The notes: generated from the letters alone by a model not told the origin. A stretch of DNA of 64,000 bases from Halobacteriovoraceae bacterium (GCA_963719505.1 CAVRCF010000003.1:224001-288000), one strand, 5' to 3'. Numbered from the stretch's first letter, positions 7,750 to 17,998 are shown. Program-made: numbers and translations.

Positions 7750-10573
7750 ATGGCAAAGCCACAGCCTATTTTATATTTACACGCATTGGAGCAAGAAGAG
7801 ATAAAAGTTATTAAGTTAACGTTGTGTAAATTATTTAAAGTTAAAACTTCATTGGAGAAAACTGAAAAGAATAAGGTCTCTATTGTTATCTCTGGAAGTC
7901 GAGATTTCATCGACGAGCATGTTAAGTCTGGTCAGTTTGATTCCTGTTTCTTTTTTCAAGTTCCGTATGGACAAACATGTTCCGAAAATGCGTCAGGCTT
8001 TTTTTCTGCACCCATTGACCCAGAAGTTTTACATATTACTTTGAAGTCCTATAGTTTTAAAAATCTAGAACAAACATCATTTATAGTTGAAAGCTCCTTT
8101 GCAGCGATTGAAAATGAAAGAGAAAACTTAAAACGACTCTTTCAACAAACACCTAAAATGGTTTGTATTTTAAAGGGACCAACTCATATTTTCGAATTTG
8201 TTAATGATGCTCATATAAAGATATTGGGTTTTGATGCAACAGGAATGCCTGTCAGAGAAGCACAGCCTGAATCGGTAGAGGTTCATTCTATCTTGGATGA
8301 TGTCTATAAAACGGGGAGGACTGCGCAATTGGTGGAGATTCCTGTCACCGTTGGAAATCAACTAAGATATTTTAATTTAACTTATTCCGCTAGAGTCGAT
8401 TCATCTGGAAAAATTAACGGGATCATGATTCTTGGAGAAGAAATTACAGAGCAATTTTTAACAAGAGAGATGTTAAAAACACAAAGTACTGCATTGCAGA
8501 TGACTATGAGTGGCTCTTCCTTGCACGATGTTTTGGATATTTTAGCTCAAGCCATAGAGACGCATCTCTCCGATGAGGTATTGTGCTCGATTCTATTATT
8601 AGATGCTGATGGAGTCCACCTTCGTTATGGAGCAGCTCCAAGTCTTCCTGATTCATATAATGAAGCGACGGATGGGATTGCTATTGGTCCCAAAGTCGGT
8701 TGTTGTGGGACAGCTGCGTACTTAAATAAGGAAATTTCAGTCAACGATATCTCTAAAAGTCCTTTGTGGGAAAACTATAAAGATCTAGCGAAAGTGCATA
8801 AGCTAAATTCATGTTGGTCAACACCAATTAAAACCTCAAAGGGAGAAATAGTAGGAGCTTTTGGTCTATACAATAGACCTCCTGAAGACCCAACTTCTCA
8901 GGAACTTCAAATTTTAAATCTTATAACGCAAACAATTTCATTGGTAATAGAGAGAGACCTCGATATTAAAAAGAGACTAAACGTAGAAAAAGCTCTCGAT
9001 GAAAGTGAAAAACTTTATCACTCAACTGAAGAGCAACTGACTATGGCCGTTGAAGTTGCACGGGTTGGTTTCTATGATTGGAATATTTTAAAAAATACCA
9101 TTAAGTTCAGTGATCAAATGTTGAATGATTGGGGACTCTCGGGAAAAAATCCAACCTTAGAACAAGCGATGATGTGTATTCACGAAGAAGATCGCAAAAG
9201 AGTCTATAAACTTGTAAAGGCCACAATGGAGAAAGATGCAGTTTATCATACTAGCTATAGAGTTCTAAAAGATGATGGAACTGTTGATTGGATGGATGTT
9301 AGAGGTGAGGTTCAAAGAAATAAAAAGGGAGAAGCCATTCGATTTTTCGGAACCTCTATTGTTGTTACAGATCAAAAACAAAGAGAAGCGTCTTTAGAGA
9401 AAGCCCAAAAAATTGCAGAGAACGCAAGTGTTGCCAAAGGACTTTTTTTAGCCAATATGAGTCATGAAATAAGAACTCCCCTTGGTGCGATCATGGGATT
9501 TCTAAACCTTTTAAAAAATCCTTCTAATACACGCAGTGAACTTGAGGAGTATATAGGAATCATTGATCGAAGTTCAAAGCAACTTTTACATATTGTTAAT
9601 GATGTCTTGGATCTATCAAAAATTGAAGCCGGAAAGTTTTCAATTGATCCTACTGAGTTCTCATTGGCCGAACTTTTGAATGACTTTAATACCCTTATGG
9701 CCTTTAAGTCTCGAGAGAAAGGGTTAACTTATGAGATGGAACTTGCCTCTAAAATCCCAGACTGGGTTAACGGCGACGAGACTCGGTTTCGACAGATCTT
9801 AAGTAATCTTGTTGGGAATGCCATAAAGTTTACAGACAAAGGTTTTGTACGATTGAAAGTCTCTTTTTCAGATGAAGAATTTTTTAAATATAGATGTTGA
9901 GGATTCTGGTTGTGGTATCCCATTAAACTCACAGCTTAAAGTCTTTGAACCTTTCTCCCAAGGGGACAACTCTACGACCAGAATTTATGGCGGTACGGGA
10001 TTAGGATTAAACCTCTCCAAACTCTTGACCAAAGCTATGGGAGGAGATTTTATGTTAAAGGAAAGTGTTGTGGGAGTTGGTACAACCTTTAGTATAAGTA
10101 TTCCTTTTGATAAGCTTCCAAAAACCGAGATGATTAGCTGTACTGAGTTTCCAAACGTAACGAGAGAAGATAAATCCAGTGACCAAAAAACATTGTCGCC
10201 AGCTCGAGTCCTAATTGTCGAGGATGCCGTTGAGAATCAAAGACTTTTAAAAATTCTTCTCGAAAGTTGGGGGGTCACAACGCAAGTTGCTTCTAATGGA
10301 TCTGAGGGAGTTGAAAGCGCTCTTAATGGTGACTTCGATATGGTTTTAATGGATATTCAGATGCCAATAATGGATGGTTATGAAGCCACCTCAATCCTTC
10401 GTCAAACTGGATATCATAAACCCGTAATTGCTTTGACAGCTCATGCGATGAAAGAGGAAAAAGATAAATGCATCGCCTCTGGTTTTTCTGACTTTTTAAC
10501 AAAGCCTATTGATCAAGCAAGTTTATATGGACTTATCTCTTCAAGTTTTAATCCAAGTCAAAATGTTATGTGA
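7750..10573 (+). CDS. Hybrid sensor histidine kinase PAS-GAF-PAS-HisKA-HATPase-REC, split by a frameshift near 9885
   Basis: FLANMSHEIRTPL and NLVGNAIKFT lie in ORF 7750..9900. DSGCGI, GGTGLGL and a receiver domain (VEDA, MDIQMP, FLTKP) lie in ORF 9872..10573. Removing one T from the run GAATTTTTTAAAT joins them. Confidence 0.9.
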
Positions 10574-10699
10574 AACAACATTTTCTATGTATGAAATAAC
10601 ACAACATCTATGCATCGGTATGATCTATAGGGAGACTCTTTGGTGCATGATCTAGTTTAAGAAATGTTATCAAACATGTAAATCAACTAAGGAGATTTT

Positions 10700-10858
10700 A
10701 TGAACAAGGATCAATTAAAAGGTAAAGGAAAAGAATTAAAAGGTGAAGCTAAAGAGAAAATTGGTAAAGCTACTGATAATTCTAAAAAAGTTGCTGAAGG
10801 AAAAGTTGAAAAAACTGAAGGTAAGATTCAGAAAAAATACGGCGACGCCAAAGACTAG
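10700..10858 (+). CDS. csbD: CsbD family general stress protein
   Basis: Not in the ORF track. MNKDQLKGKGKELKGEAKEKIGKATDNSKKVAEGKVEKTEGKIQKKYGDAKD (52 aa) with AAGGAG RBS. Confidence 0.92.
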   Translation: MNKDQLKGKGKELKGEAKEKIGKATDNSKKVAEGKVEKTEGKIQKKYGDAKD

Positions 10859-10867
10859 TTAAATAAT

Positions 10868-10902
10868 TTCGACTTCTTTATTTTCTTAATAGAGAAGTCG
10901 AA
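10868..10902 (+). terminator. Hairpin after csbD
   Basis: TTCGACTTCT...AGAAGTCGAA inverted repeat. Confidence 0.55.
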
Positions 10903-11003
10903 TATTTGAATAGAATGAATCATTTATTCGCTATTTCTTCAATCCCATTTTGCAATTGCAAGTTTCAACTAAAAATTAATTCAAAAACAGACAAGGAGTT
11001 AAG

Positions 11004-11447
11004 ATGAAAAATATTTATATCTGCGTAAATATAGATAATAAAAGTTTCGATAGCTTAAAGAAGGTCGAGGATTATATTGATATGAAGTCGGTGAATATTA
11101 CTCTTTTGCATATTTGGAATAAAAAAGCTTATGACTATCCTGGCGATATGATTGTGGCTTTTTACCCCAACGAGTCTCAAGCCCAAGATATAGCAAGTGA
11201 GATGGATAAAAGATTAGCCGAACAATTTTCAAAATTCCCAGATCTATCTTCAGATAGATTTCACACAAAAGTTTTTTCAACATCCAACCCAAAGGATGAT
11301 GTTGTAGATCTTCTAAAAGAAGAAAAGGCTGATTTAGTGGTTTGTCTGACACCTGAGAAGAGAGCTATAAAAGACTTCTTCCACAGTTCGTTTACAAACT
11401 ATTTAAGCTCTCATGCTCCGTGCGATGTATTAGCGTTAAGAGTTTAA
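11004..11447 (+). CDS. Universal stress protein (USP)
   Basis: MKNIYICVN...ITLLHI...ADLVV...FFHSSFTNYLSSHAPCDVLALR, a typical USP C-terminus. Confidence 0.88.
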   Translation: MKNIYICVNIDNKSFDSLKKVEDYIDMKSVNITLLHIWNKKAYDYPGDMIVAFYPNESQAQDIASEMDKRLAEQFSKFPDLSSDRFHTKVFSTSNPKDDVVDLLKEEKADLVVCLTPEKRAIKDFFHSSFTNYLSSHAPCDVLALRV

Positions 11448-11477
11448 GAGATCTCTAATGTGTCACTAGAACTTAAG

Positions 11478-11561
11478 TGGTGGCCTCGGCCGGACTTGAA
11501 CCGGCATACCCGAAAGCGGTTGATTTTGAATCAACTGTGTCTACCATTCCACCACGAGGCC
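11478..11561 (-). tRNA. tRNA-Leu(CAA)
   Basis: GGCCTCG...GTTGA-TT-CAA-AA-TCAAC...long variable arm...GGTTCAAGTCC...CGAGGCC-A-CCA. Confidence 0.97.
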
Positions 11562-11650
11562 ATTGATTTGATTTGAATATATTAGTGAGGTAGAGGGGTG
11601 AAGTCAATATAAGGCCCAAGGTTTGACGCTTGAGCCCATTAAATATTTTT

Positions 11651-12598
11651 TTAAAACATGTTGATGTTAGCAGTAAATCCAATATTTGTTAATTCAGACT
11701 TTAAGTCTTGTGGAACAAATTGAATGTTCGGGTAAAGAAATACATCTCTAGTTAATGAGATTCCAAGACCAACAGACTGAGTTACAATTCTTTGCTCAAA
11801 TTCACTATCTGCTTTTGTATTGTCATACCAGTTCGATCTAACAATTGTTCTTAGGTTGTAAGTGTCGTTGATAATATACTCTGCTTGAGGTAAAAATCCC
11901 CAAACAACATCGTTTTGATTTGCTTGAAATTCTTCATCATCTTTATCAAAGTAGTACTTTGTATAAACACCTAAGACACCAATTGAAAAACCAGTTTTTC
12001 CAAACGCGTACATTGTGTTTACTGATAAATCTAGAGAGTTTTGATATCCAATATCTGTTAAGTTACTTGCTGTGTACTGAGTAATCCCAACAGAACCAAT
12101 CGTTTGAACACCAAAAAAGTTATTCATGTGAACATAAGAAAAATATGGATTTGAAATATCTAGCTCACCTTTATTGTCGTCAAATTCTTTTTGGGCTCTT
12201 TCTGAATCGGTATCGATATCGTCATTAAAAGGAGCAAGTACTTGAACACCAGCACCAAGATTTAATCTATTTAATGAGTTTAGTCTATATGTACCATTAA
12301 CAGTCCCACTAATTCCGGCAATACTCGTTGTATCTCCAGCATTTGAAATATTGGGTCTATCAGCAGCAAATGGTTTTGCTAGAGATCCACCATTATAGCT
12401 TAAACTAAAGTTCATACTAAAATCAGACAGAGAACCATTACTTGCTCTAAATCTTCTATTAGTGATTTTGGCATCTGCTTCATCAATTTTTGAAGTGGTA
12501 GCTTTAACCGGTGCATCATCTGTAGTACTCTTGCGCTCTTGTGCTATGGCATTCCCTGCAAGAAGGGTAAAAGTTAATAGTAAGCATACTTTTGTCAT
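11651..12598 (-). CDS. Outer-membrane beta-barrel protein
   Basis: Signal peptide, alternating amphipathic strands, C-terminal Phe (IGFTANINMF). Confidence 0.75.
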   Translation of the reverse strand: MTKVCLLLTFTLLAGNAIAQERKSTTDDAPVKATTSKIDEADAKITNRRFRASNGSLSDFSMNFSLSYNGGSLAKPFAADRPNISNAGDTTSIAGISGTVNGTYRLNSLNRLNLGAGVQVLAPFNDDIDTDSERAQKEFDDNKGELDISNPYFSYVHMNNFFGVQTIGSVGITQYTASNLTDIGYQNSLDLSVNTMYAFGKTGFSIGVLGVYTKYYFDKDDEEFQANQNDVVWGFLPQAEYIINDTYNLRTIVRSNWYDNTKADSEFEQRIVTQSVGLGISLTRDVFLYPNIQFVPQDLKSELTNIGFTANINMF

Positions 12599-12792
12599 TC
12601 CAGTCTCCTTGAAAACATAATATTTTTTAATAGAGTTAACTTATAGGTCAAAAACCTGATTGTCATGCTCATGTAAGGCTTTGAATCTATTTAGTTAAAA
12701 TTAGGTGAAAACTGGTCTCAAAATGTCCCCAAAACGGTCATTCTTTGGCCTTTGGGAAGTCTAATTTAAGAATCTTGGTGTGATGCGTGTCG

Positions 12793-13743
12793 CTAAATCT
12801 TTAGAAGATTCAGAGCTTGATCAATTTTAAAACGATAAAAATCTTCACCCAGATGCTTCTTGAGTGAAGAGTTACTGATCAGACATGAGTTTTTTAGATA
12901 GTCGATGAGGTATGTTGGGATGTCTAAGTTTATCTTTTTTAAAAGTTGGTTTAAAGGAGCTGCTACAGAGATGGGAAAAGGAATTCCCTTGCTGCCGACA
13001 ATATCAAGGGCATCGTTTAGCGAAATAAAGTCATCTGTAGCGACATTGTAGATCCCCGTTGGAAGATCTGTGCAGGCTCGCGCCAAAACTGTGGCCATGT
13101 CAAACTCATGGATAAACTGAAAGACCGGATTGTAATCGATGGGTCTAATAGCATAAGAGCTTGTAAGGTACTTACTCATTGTATTTGAAATTTGTGAGCC
13201 AATAATATTGCAAGGCCTAAGAACGATAGTGCTCATTGTGTCTTGGTATTTCCACATCCAGTTTGTGCATATCTGATCCATCTCAACCACATCACGAAGT
13301 TCGGAGTGTTTCATACTTGCCCTAAGAGGCGCATCTTCTGGAAGAAAGATCGTGTTGTCGGGCAAGGCGCCATAGACGTGAAAGGTGCTGAGAATGATAA
13401 GCTTCTTAACATTAAATCTTAGGCTTAAATCGAGTATTCTATTTGTACCCATCACACTGAGTTCGAGCCTTTTAGATAAGTCGTTATTTCCAATGGTGGA
13501 GTGACTCATTCTTCCCAGGTGGTAAACAACATCAAATTCATGCTCTCTAAAGAGCTTTTCAAAATTACCTCGGGAGTATTTCATTTTAATACAAGTGAGG
13601 CCTTTGATATCGACTTCCGGAGGAGTTCTATTATCAATGCCGTATATTTCAGACTCGGGATTATTACCTAGAATCACTCTCGAAGTTATTTGAGCGAGTC
13701 CGCCGGCAATTCCTATAATTAAAATCTTTTTAGGTTTATTCAT
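12793..13743 (-). CDS. NAD-dependent epimerase/dehydratase (extended SDR)
   Basis: ILIIGIAGGLA Rossmann motif, VVYHLG, LSTFHVYGA, LRPCNIIG, QFIHEFD. Confidence 0.88.
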   Translation of the reverse strand: MNKPKKILIIGIAGGLAQITSRVILGNNPESEIYGIDNRTPPEVDIKGLTCIKMKYSRGNFEKLFREHEFDVVYHLGRMSHSTIGNNDLSKRLELSVMGTNRILDLSLRFNVKKLIILSTFHVYGALPDNTIFLPEDAPLRASMKHSELRDVVEMDQICTNWMWKYQDTMSTIVLRPCNIIGSQISNTMSKYLTSSYAIRPIDYNPVFQFIHEFDMATVLARACTDLPTGIYNVATDDFISLNDALDIVGSKGIPFPISVAAPLNQLLKKINLDIPTYLIDYLKNSCLISNSSLKKHLGEDFYRFKIDQALNLLKI

Positions 13744-14614
13744 TTTTTCTTCTTTTTATAAATCGATCAGCCAAGGGAATCCTTATCTCGTCAAAAAAAG
13801 GTCTTCTCGTTTTTAATCCCTTGAGAAGCTGGGCATTTATTTGTTTCTCTATTCTGTAAACATGTTCTCTTATGTCTTTATCTTGTGCATCGACAGAAAG
13901 ATCACTGGGAACTTCGTAGGGTTTGCCAATATAAATATCAATAGGAGAAGGGAGTGGAAAAAGATTGGCCGAAAGGGGGAGTGTCGGTAAACCAAGTATC
14001 TTGCCAAGTTTTTTAGCGTGGTAGACAAAAGGAAACATCTCTTCAGCTCCGACGACGGAGATGGGAAGAATAGGAGTCTTTTCTCCAAGAGCTATTCTGA
14101 AAAAACCATTTGAGAACTTTCTCGTATCATAGAATTCATTTGTGCTCTTTGTAATTCCCTTCATTCCTTCCGGGAAAACCAGGATGGATTCATTTTGTTC
14201 TAAAAGCCATTTACAATTTCCACGATCACCTAAAATTGAACCTGTCTGAGCGGTGAGGCTTCCAAGAAAGGGAAAGCCTGCTAGAAAACTATCAACCATA
14301 CTGTGAAGAATTCTGGGTTTTTCAACCTCCATTGCAAGGGCGATGGTAATCATCATGCCATCAATGGGAATTTGTCCGGTGTGGTTAGAGGCCAAGATAT
14401 AAGGACGATCTTCAATATTTTCCGCACCAAAGACTCGAACGCGAAAATATTTTTTATAAACGGGATAGATAAGGTTGACGGCATCGACAATTTTGTCGAT
14501 ATCGAACCCCCAAGGATCCTTGTAAGCCTCATAGCGTTTACGTAACTTCTGAATTTGTTGCTCTTTATGAAGCTTTTCTTCATCAGAGAGTCTCAGACTA
14601 AATTTGTCAAACAT
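13736..14614 (-). CDS. Lysophospholipid/glycerol acyltransferase (PlsC superfamily)
   Basis: SNHTGQIPIDG (NHx4-6D), VFPEG, PILPISVVGAEE. Confidence 0.9.
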   Translation of the reverse strand: MFDKFSLRLSDEEKLHKEQQIQKLRKRYEAYKDPWGFDIDKIVDAVNLIYPVYKKYFRVRVFGAENIEDRPYILASNHTGQIPIDGMMITIALAMEVEKPRILHSMVDSFLAGFPFLGSLTAQTGSILGDRGNCKWLLEQNESILVFPEGMKGITKSTNEFYDTRKFSNGFFRIALGEKTPILPISVVGAEEMFPFVYHAKKLGKILGLPTLPLSANLFPLPSPIDIYIGKPYEVPSDLSVDAQDKDIREHVYRIEKQINAQLLKGLKTRRPFFDEIRIPLADRFIKRRKNE

Positions 14615-14698
14615 ATAGGTTCCAATTTTTTGCTTACTATTGTTATAATTGATTTATAGATATACTTAAAGAGAGAAAATCTGAGCCAAAGGAACAAT

Positions 14699-15001
14699 GT
14701 GAGTGCAAGTAGAGATGAAAAACACTGGGGAAATAAACTTCAGGATATAATGCAAAGCTGCCAAGTTGAGCTAAAAAAGACAACGCAGATCGGAATGAAG
14801 ATGCTGACGGCTTCTCAGTCAAACAGCCTTTTAAAAGAGCAGTATGAAAAGCTAGGAATGCTGACGCTTCAAGCGGTGTCTAACAATGAACTGGATTGGT
14901 CGAATGAAACGGCTAAAGAGCTGGTTGAGAGAATTGAGAAACTAAAAGTTGAATTATCAGCTTTAGAAGACCAAGTTAATTCTTTAAAAAAAGAAGATTA
15001 G
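14699..15001 (+). CDS. Hypothetical coiled-coil protein
   Basis: 100-aa ORF, GTG start with RBS, heptad-rich C-terminus. Confidence 0.65.
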   Translation: MSASRDEKHWGNKLQDIMQSCQVELKKTTQIGMKMLTASQSNSLLKEQYEKLGMLTLQAVSNNELDWSNETAKELVERIEKLKVELSALEDQVNSLKKED

Positions 15002-15672
15002 TCTTCTTCTGGTAAAATTGTTTGATTAAGCATCTCTTTACCAAGAATAAAATTTTTCAATGACTCTTCTAGAAGATGGCACTCCGTCTTTTTTTCAGCG
15101 GAGACAAAAAAGATCTGTTTCACAAATTTAAATTCTTTATATATTTGCGGCTTTAGCTTGTTTAAAGCAGCCCTTTCTTTTTGTTTTTTCAATTTATCAA
15201 TCTTGTTAAAAACTAGAAAAATTTCAAACTCTGTCGCTTTTACGTAGTGATAAAATTCTTGATCTGAGGTTTGATTTGGATGACGAGCATCTTGAATATT
15301 GAAAAGAAGAGTTTTTCTATTTAGCCCTTCAAAAAAAGCTCCCATGAGAGCTTCCCAATTTTTTTTCATTGTTTTAGAAACTTCGGCGTGGCCATAACCT
15401 GGAAGATCGAAAAGATAATATTTTTGTTCAGATCCATGAAGCTCAAATGTGAAGATATTTATTTTCTGTGTTCGTCCTGGTGTTTTCGATATTTTTGCAA
15501 TCTTGTTACCAAAAAGTGCATTGATCAAACTGGATTTTCCAACGTTTGAGCGTCCAACCATGGCAAGACCGATGACATCTTGATTGTGTTCCCACCAACC
15601 TTGCATTTGCTTTATGCTATCGATGGCCATTTCAAAGTTTGTTTGTCCGCGGTTAATGATTTCTTGATTCAT
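14998..15672 (-). CDS. engB: Ribosome biogenesis GTPase YihA/YsxC
   Basis: GRSNVGKSSLINAL, SKTPGRT, DLPGYG, NKID. Confidence 0.95.
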   Translation of the reverse strand: MNQEIINRGQTNFEMAIDSIKQMQGWWEHNQDVIGLAMVGRSNVGKSSLINALFGNKIAKISKTPGRTQKINIFTFELHGSEQKYYLFDLPGYGHAEVSKTMKKNWEALMGAFFEGLNRKTLLFNIQDARHPNQTSDQEFYHYVKATEFEIFLVFNKIDKLKKQKERAALNKLKPQIYKEFKFVKQIFFVSAEKKTECHLLEESLKNFILGKEMLNQTILPEED

Positions 15673-15742
15673 ATATATCCAACCAGTAAGTAAAAAATTT
15701 AAACCTCTTTGTCAGATATTAGCCGCCTATTGTCAATGTAAA

Positions 15743-15758
15743 TGGCACGAAGCTTGTA
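15743..15758 (+). promoter_or_regulatory. Sigma54-type (-24/-12) promoter
   Basis: TGGCACG-AAGC-TTGTA versus consensus TGGCACG-N4-TTGC; one mismatch at -12. Confidence 0.55.
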
Positions 15759-15794
15759 TAAATAACGCGAGACTTGAACTTAGAGGGGACTAGC

Positions 15795-17090
15795 ATGATG
15801 ATTAAAGAGATTGGATTTATGACTGACATTTTAAATAAGAAGGGATTAAAGGAGGGAGATGAGATTATCGTGAAGCCTTTTGGAAAAAGAAGACGCACTT
15901 ATTGTCTCAATTTTACCAAGCTTGTCTTTACCACAAAAAATGGCCCTAAAATCAGCTGGGTTAAGACTCTTGATTCGATCCAAGGTGAGGAGTTTACCTT
16001 TGAATTAAAAAGTTTTGTGGTGCCCTCTATAAATCAGCAAAAGAACCAAAGATATTTCCTTCAATCCAGCTGTGGGACACCTTTTAAGCTGAATGGAAGT
16101 TTTGCAACACAGGCGTTTATCGAGGTTGGGGATGAGGTCGAAATTGGCTTTCATAAAGTCCTCTTTAATAGGCGTCAAGCTCCTGAGGATCAGATGAAGC
16201 TTTTTAGCGGTTTTATTGAAGACAATAAGAAAGTGATTGCTTCCACACTCCCTATTCTCATTGAAGGGGAGACGGGAGTTGGAAAGACCACTTTGGCAAA
16301 GGAGTTTCATATTCTCAGTGGAAGACCAGGAAAGTTTGTTCATATCAATGTCTCCGCCTTTTCTAGGTCCCTCATCGAGTCGGAGCTTTTTGGCCATATC
16401 AAGGGGGCATTTACTGGAGCTTTAAATGATAAAAAAGGTGCTTTTAGACAATCTCACCAGGGCACCCTTTTTATTGATGAAATAGATTCACTTCCTTTAG
16501 AGCTTCAAACAAAGCTTCTACTCTTTTTTGATAGCCAGGAATTGACACCGGTGGGAAGTGAAATCAGTTATAAAGTTGATACCAGAATTATTTGTGCCTC
16601 TGGACGATCGTTAAAAAATTTGACTGAAGCCAAGCAAATGCGAAAAGACTTTTATTTTCGTGTGGCAAGCGGAGCGATGATAAAAATTCCCGCTCTTAGA
16701 GACAACTTATTCATGCTTTCAAGATTTTGTAAGCTTTATGGAATTGAAAGAAATATCATTATTCCTGAAAAACTTATCGAGTTCTATGAGACTCTTCCTT
16801 GGCCTGGAAATTATCGTCAACTCAAAGGTCACTTAGATAAAAAATTTATTATGATGAATGGAAGGAAAATGGACTTTGATGAGGTTGATAATGAACTGGT
16901 GGTGTTGAGTTCAGAACTTATTGATATAGAAAAAAATCATTCCTTAACGATGAAAGAGCTTAAAAGTAATTACGCAAAAAAAGTCTATTTTGAGTGCGAC
17001 CAAAACTATTCTCGAGCGTCACGTGTTTTAGATATAAGCCCAAGAAGCCTCAAAAGCTTAATTGAAACCGAAAAGGCTTTGACTAGTTAG
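15795..17090 (+). CDS. Sigma54-dependent transcriptional activator with degenerate FHA-like N-domain
   Basis: GETGVGKT, ESELFGHIKGAFTGA, FIDEID, WPGN, C-terminal HTH. ATG 15795 follows GAGGGG. Confidence 0.92.
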   Translation: MMIKEIGFMTDILNKKGLKEGDEIIVKPFGKRRRTYCLNFTKLVFTTKNGPKISWVKTLDSIQGEEFTFELKSFVVPSINQQKNQRYFLQSSCGTPFKLNGSFATQAFIEVGDEVEIGFHKVLFNRRQAPEDQMKLFSGFIEDNKKVIASTLPILIEGETGVGKTTLAKEFHILSGRPGKFVHINVSAFSRSLIESELFGHIKGAFTGALNDKKGAFRQSHQGTLFIDEIDSLPLELQTKLLLFFDSQELTPVGSEISYKVDTRIICASGRSLKNLTEAKQMRKDFYFRVASGAMIKIPALRDNLFMLSRFCKLYGIERNIIIPEKLIEFYETLPWPGNYRQLKGHLDKKFIMMNGRKMDFDEVDNELVVLSSELIDIEKNHSLTMKELKSNYAKKVYFECDQNYSRASRVLDISPRSLKSLIETEKALTS

Positions 17091-17982
17091 CCACCATGAA
17101 CGTAAAGCCAACTTCTTCAACGACCCCTTCAACTCGATTTTCTTTCAAAAATCTGTTGAGGTCATTAGTAATTTTTTCTTTAAAGACTAGTTTTCCCTCT
17201 TCTTCGATTGGGAATGACGAAATAACCGGCTCGACGTTTGTAAAGAAATAGTCTCTCAATTGATTCTCGTAGTGTTCAAGGTATTGCTTGGCAAAACGTG
17301 TGTTAGTTCTGACTGTAAAGTCCACTGTTATGCTTCTGATATCTTTCACAGACTCTCTATAGATTGGTATTTTTACATTGAGAACTTTTATCGTTCTTTT
17401 TTGAAAGTCTTTATACTCAGGTTTGTAAGCGTATTCTTGAACACTTGCAGGAGCTCTACTGGAGAACTCATTGAGCAGAATTTGATTTGTAGAATTGATG
17501 ACGCCATAGAAACCAAGTCCGATAACGGATAACGCAGCCACTCCAAAGGCTAATTGCCCTTTTCCAAGCTTATCTGTAACCGTGTCGATATGGTTAATTC
17601 TTCTCTTTGTCGATTCAATAATAAAAACAGCGTGAGACTTCAATGGTGTTTTTAAAAGAAGAACTTTTACTTTTTCCAAGAAGCCAAACATGCGTTCTTT
17701 GTAGGGATAGGTCGATGCAAAGTCTAAAACATTATTTATCTTCTCTCTCACCCTTGAAATAAAGAGACTAATGCGGTTAAGGCATTTGAGGATGAAGAAC
17801 CTCAAGGAGTCTAACTTGTCTTTAGACAACGCTTTAACCTTTCTAAAAAACACCAGAATAAATTTTGGCATAAGAGTGTAGTAAAGACTCCGCAGTGTAC
17901 TTTGTAAGCGCACAATCCAAAGATTTAATCTCTCTTCGAGCTTTTCTAATGCCTTTTCAAGTTTTTCTAATTTTTCCAACAT
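17083..17982 (-). CDS. Membrane protein with C-terminal FliL-like domain
   Basis: Long basic helical N-part, one TM segment, then ...LRDYFFTNV....EEEGKLVFKEKITNDLNRFL....VEEVGFT, like a FliL C-terminus. Confidence 0.6.
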   Translation of the reverse strand: MLEKLEKLEKALEKLEERLNLWIVRLQSTLRSLYYTLMPKFILVFFRKVKALSKDKLDSLRFFILKCLNRISLFISRVREKINNVLDFASTYPYKERMFGFLEKVKVLLLKTPLKSHAVFIIESTKRRINHIDTVTDKLGKGQLAFGVAALSVIGLGFYGVINSTNQILLNEFSSRAPASVQEYAYKPEYKDFQKRTIKVLNVKIPIYRESVKDIRSITVDFTVRTNTRFAKQYLEHYENQLRDYFFTNVEPVISSFPIEEEGKLVFKEKITNDLNRFLKENRVEGVVEEVGFTFMVAN

Positions 17983-17998
17983 AAATACCTCTTCAATC

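Noticed and set aside
7602..7910. 102-aa minus-strand ORF and the many other short antisense ORFs inside long genes
   Set aside because: They overlap well-supported genes on the opposite strand or frame and have no recognisable motifs.
11473..11682. 69-aa ORF over the tRNA-Leu (likewise 46637..46894 over the tRNA-Glu)
   Set aside because: Both overlap clear tRNA genes and are spurious.
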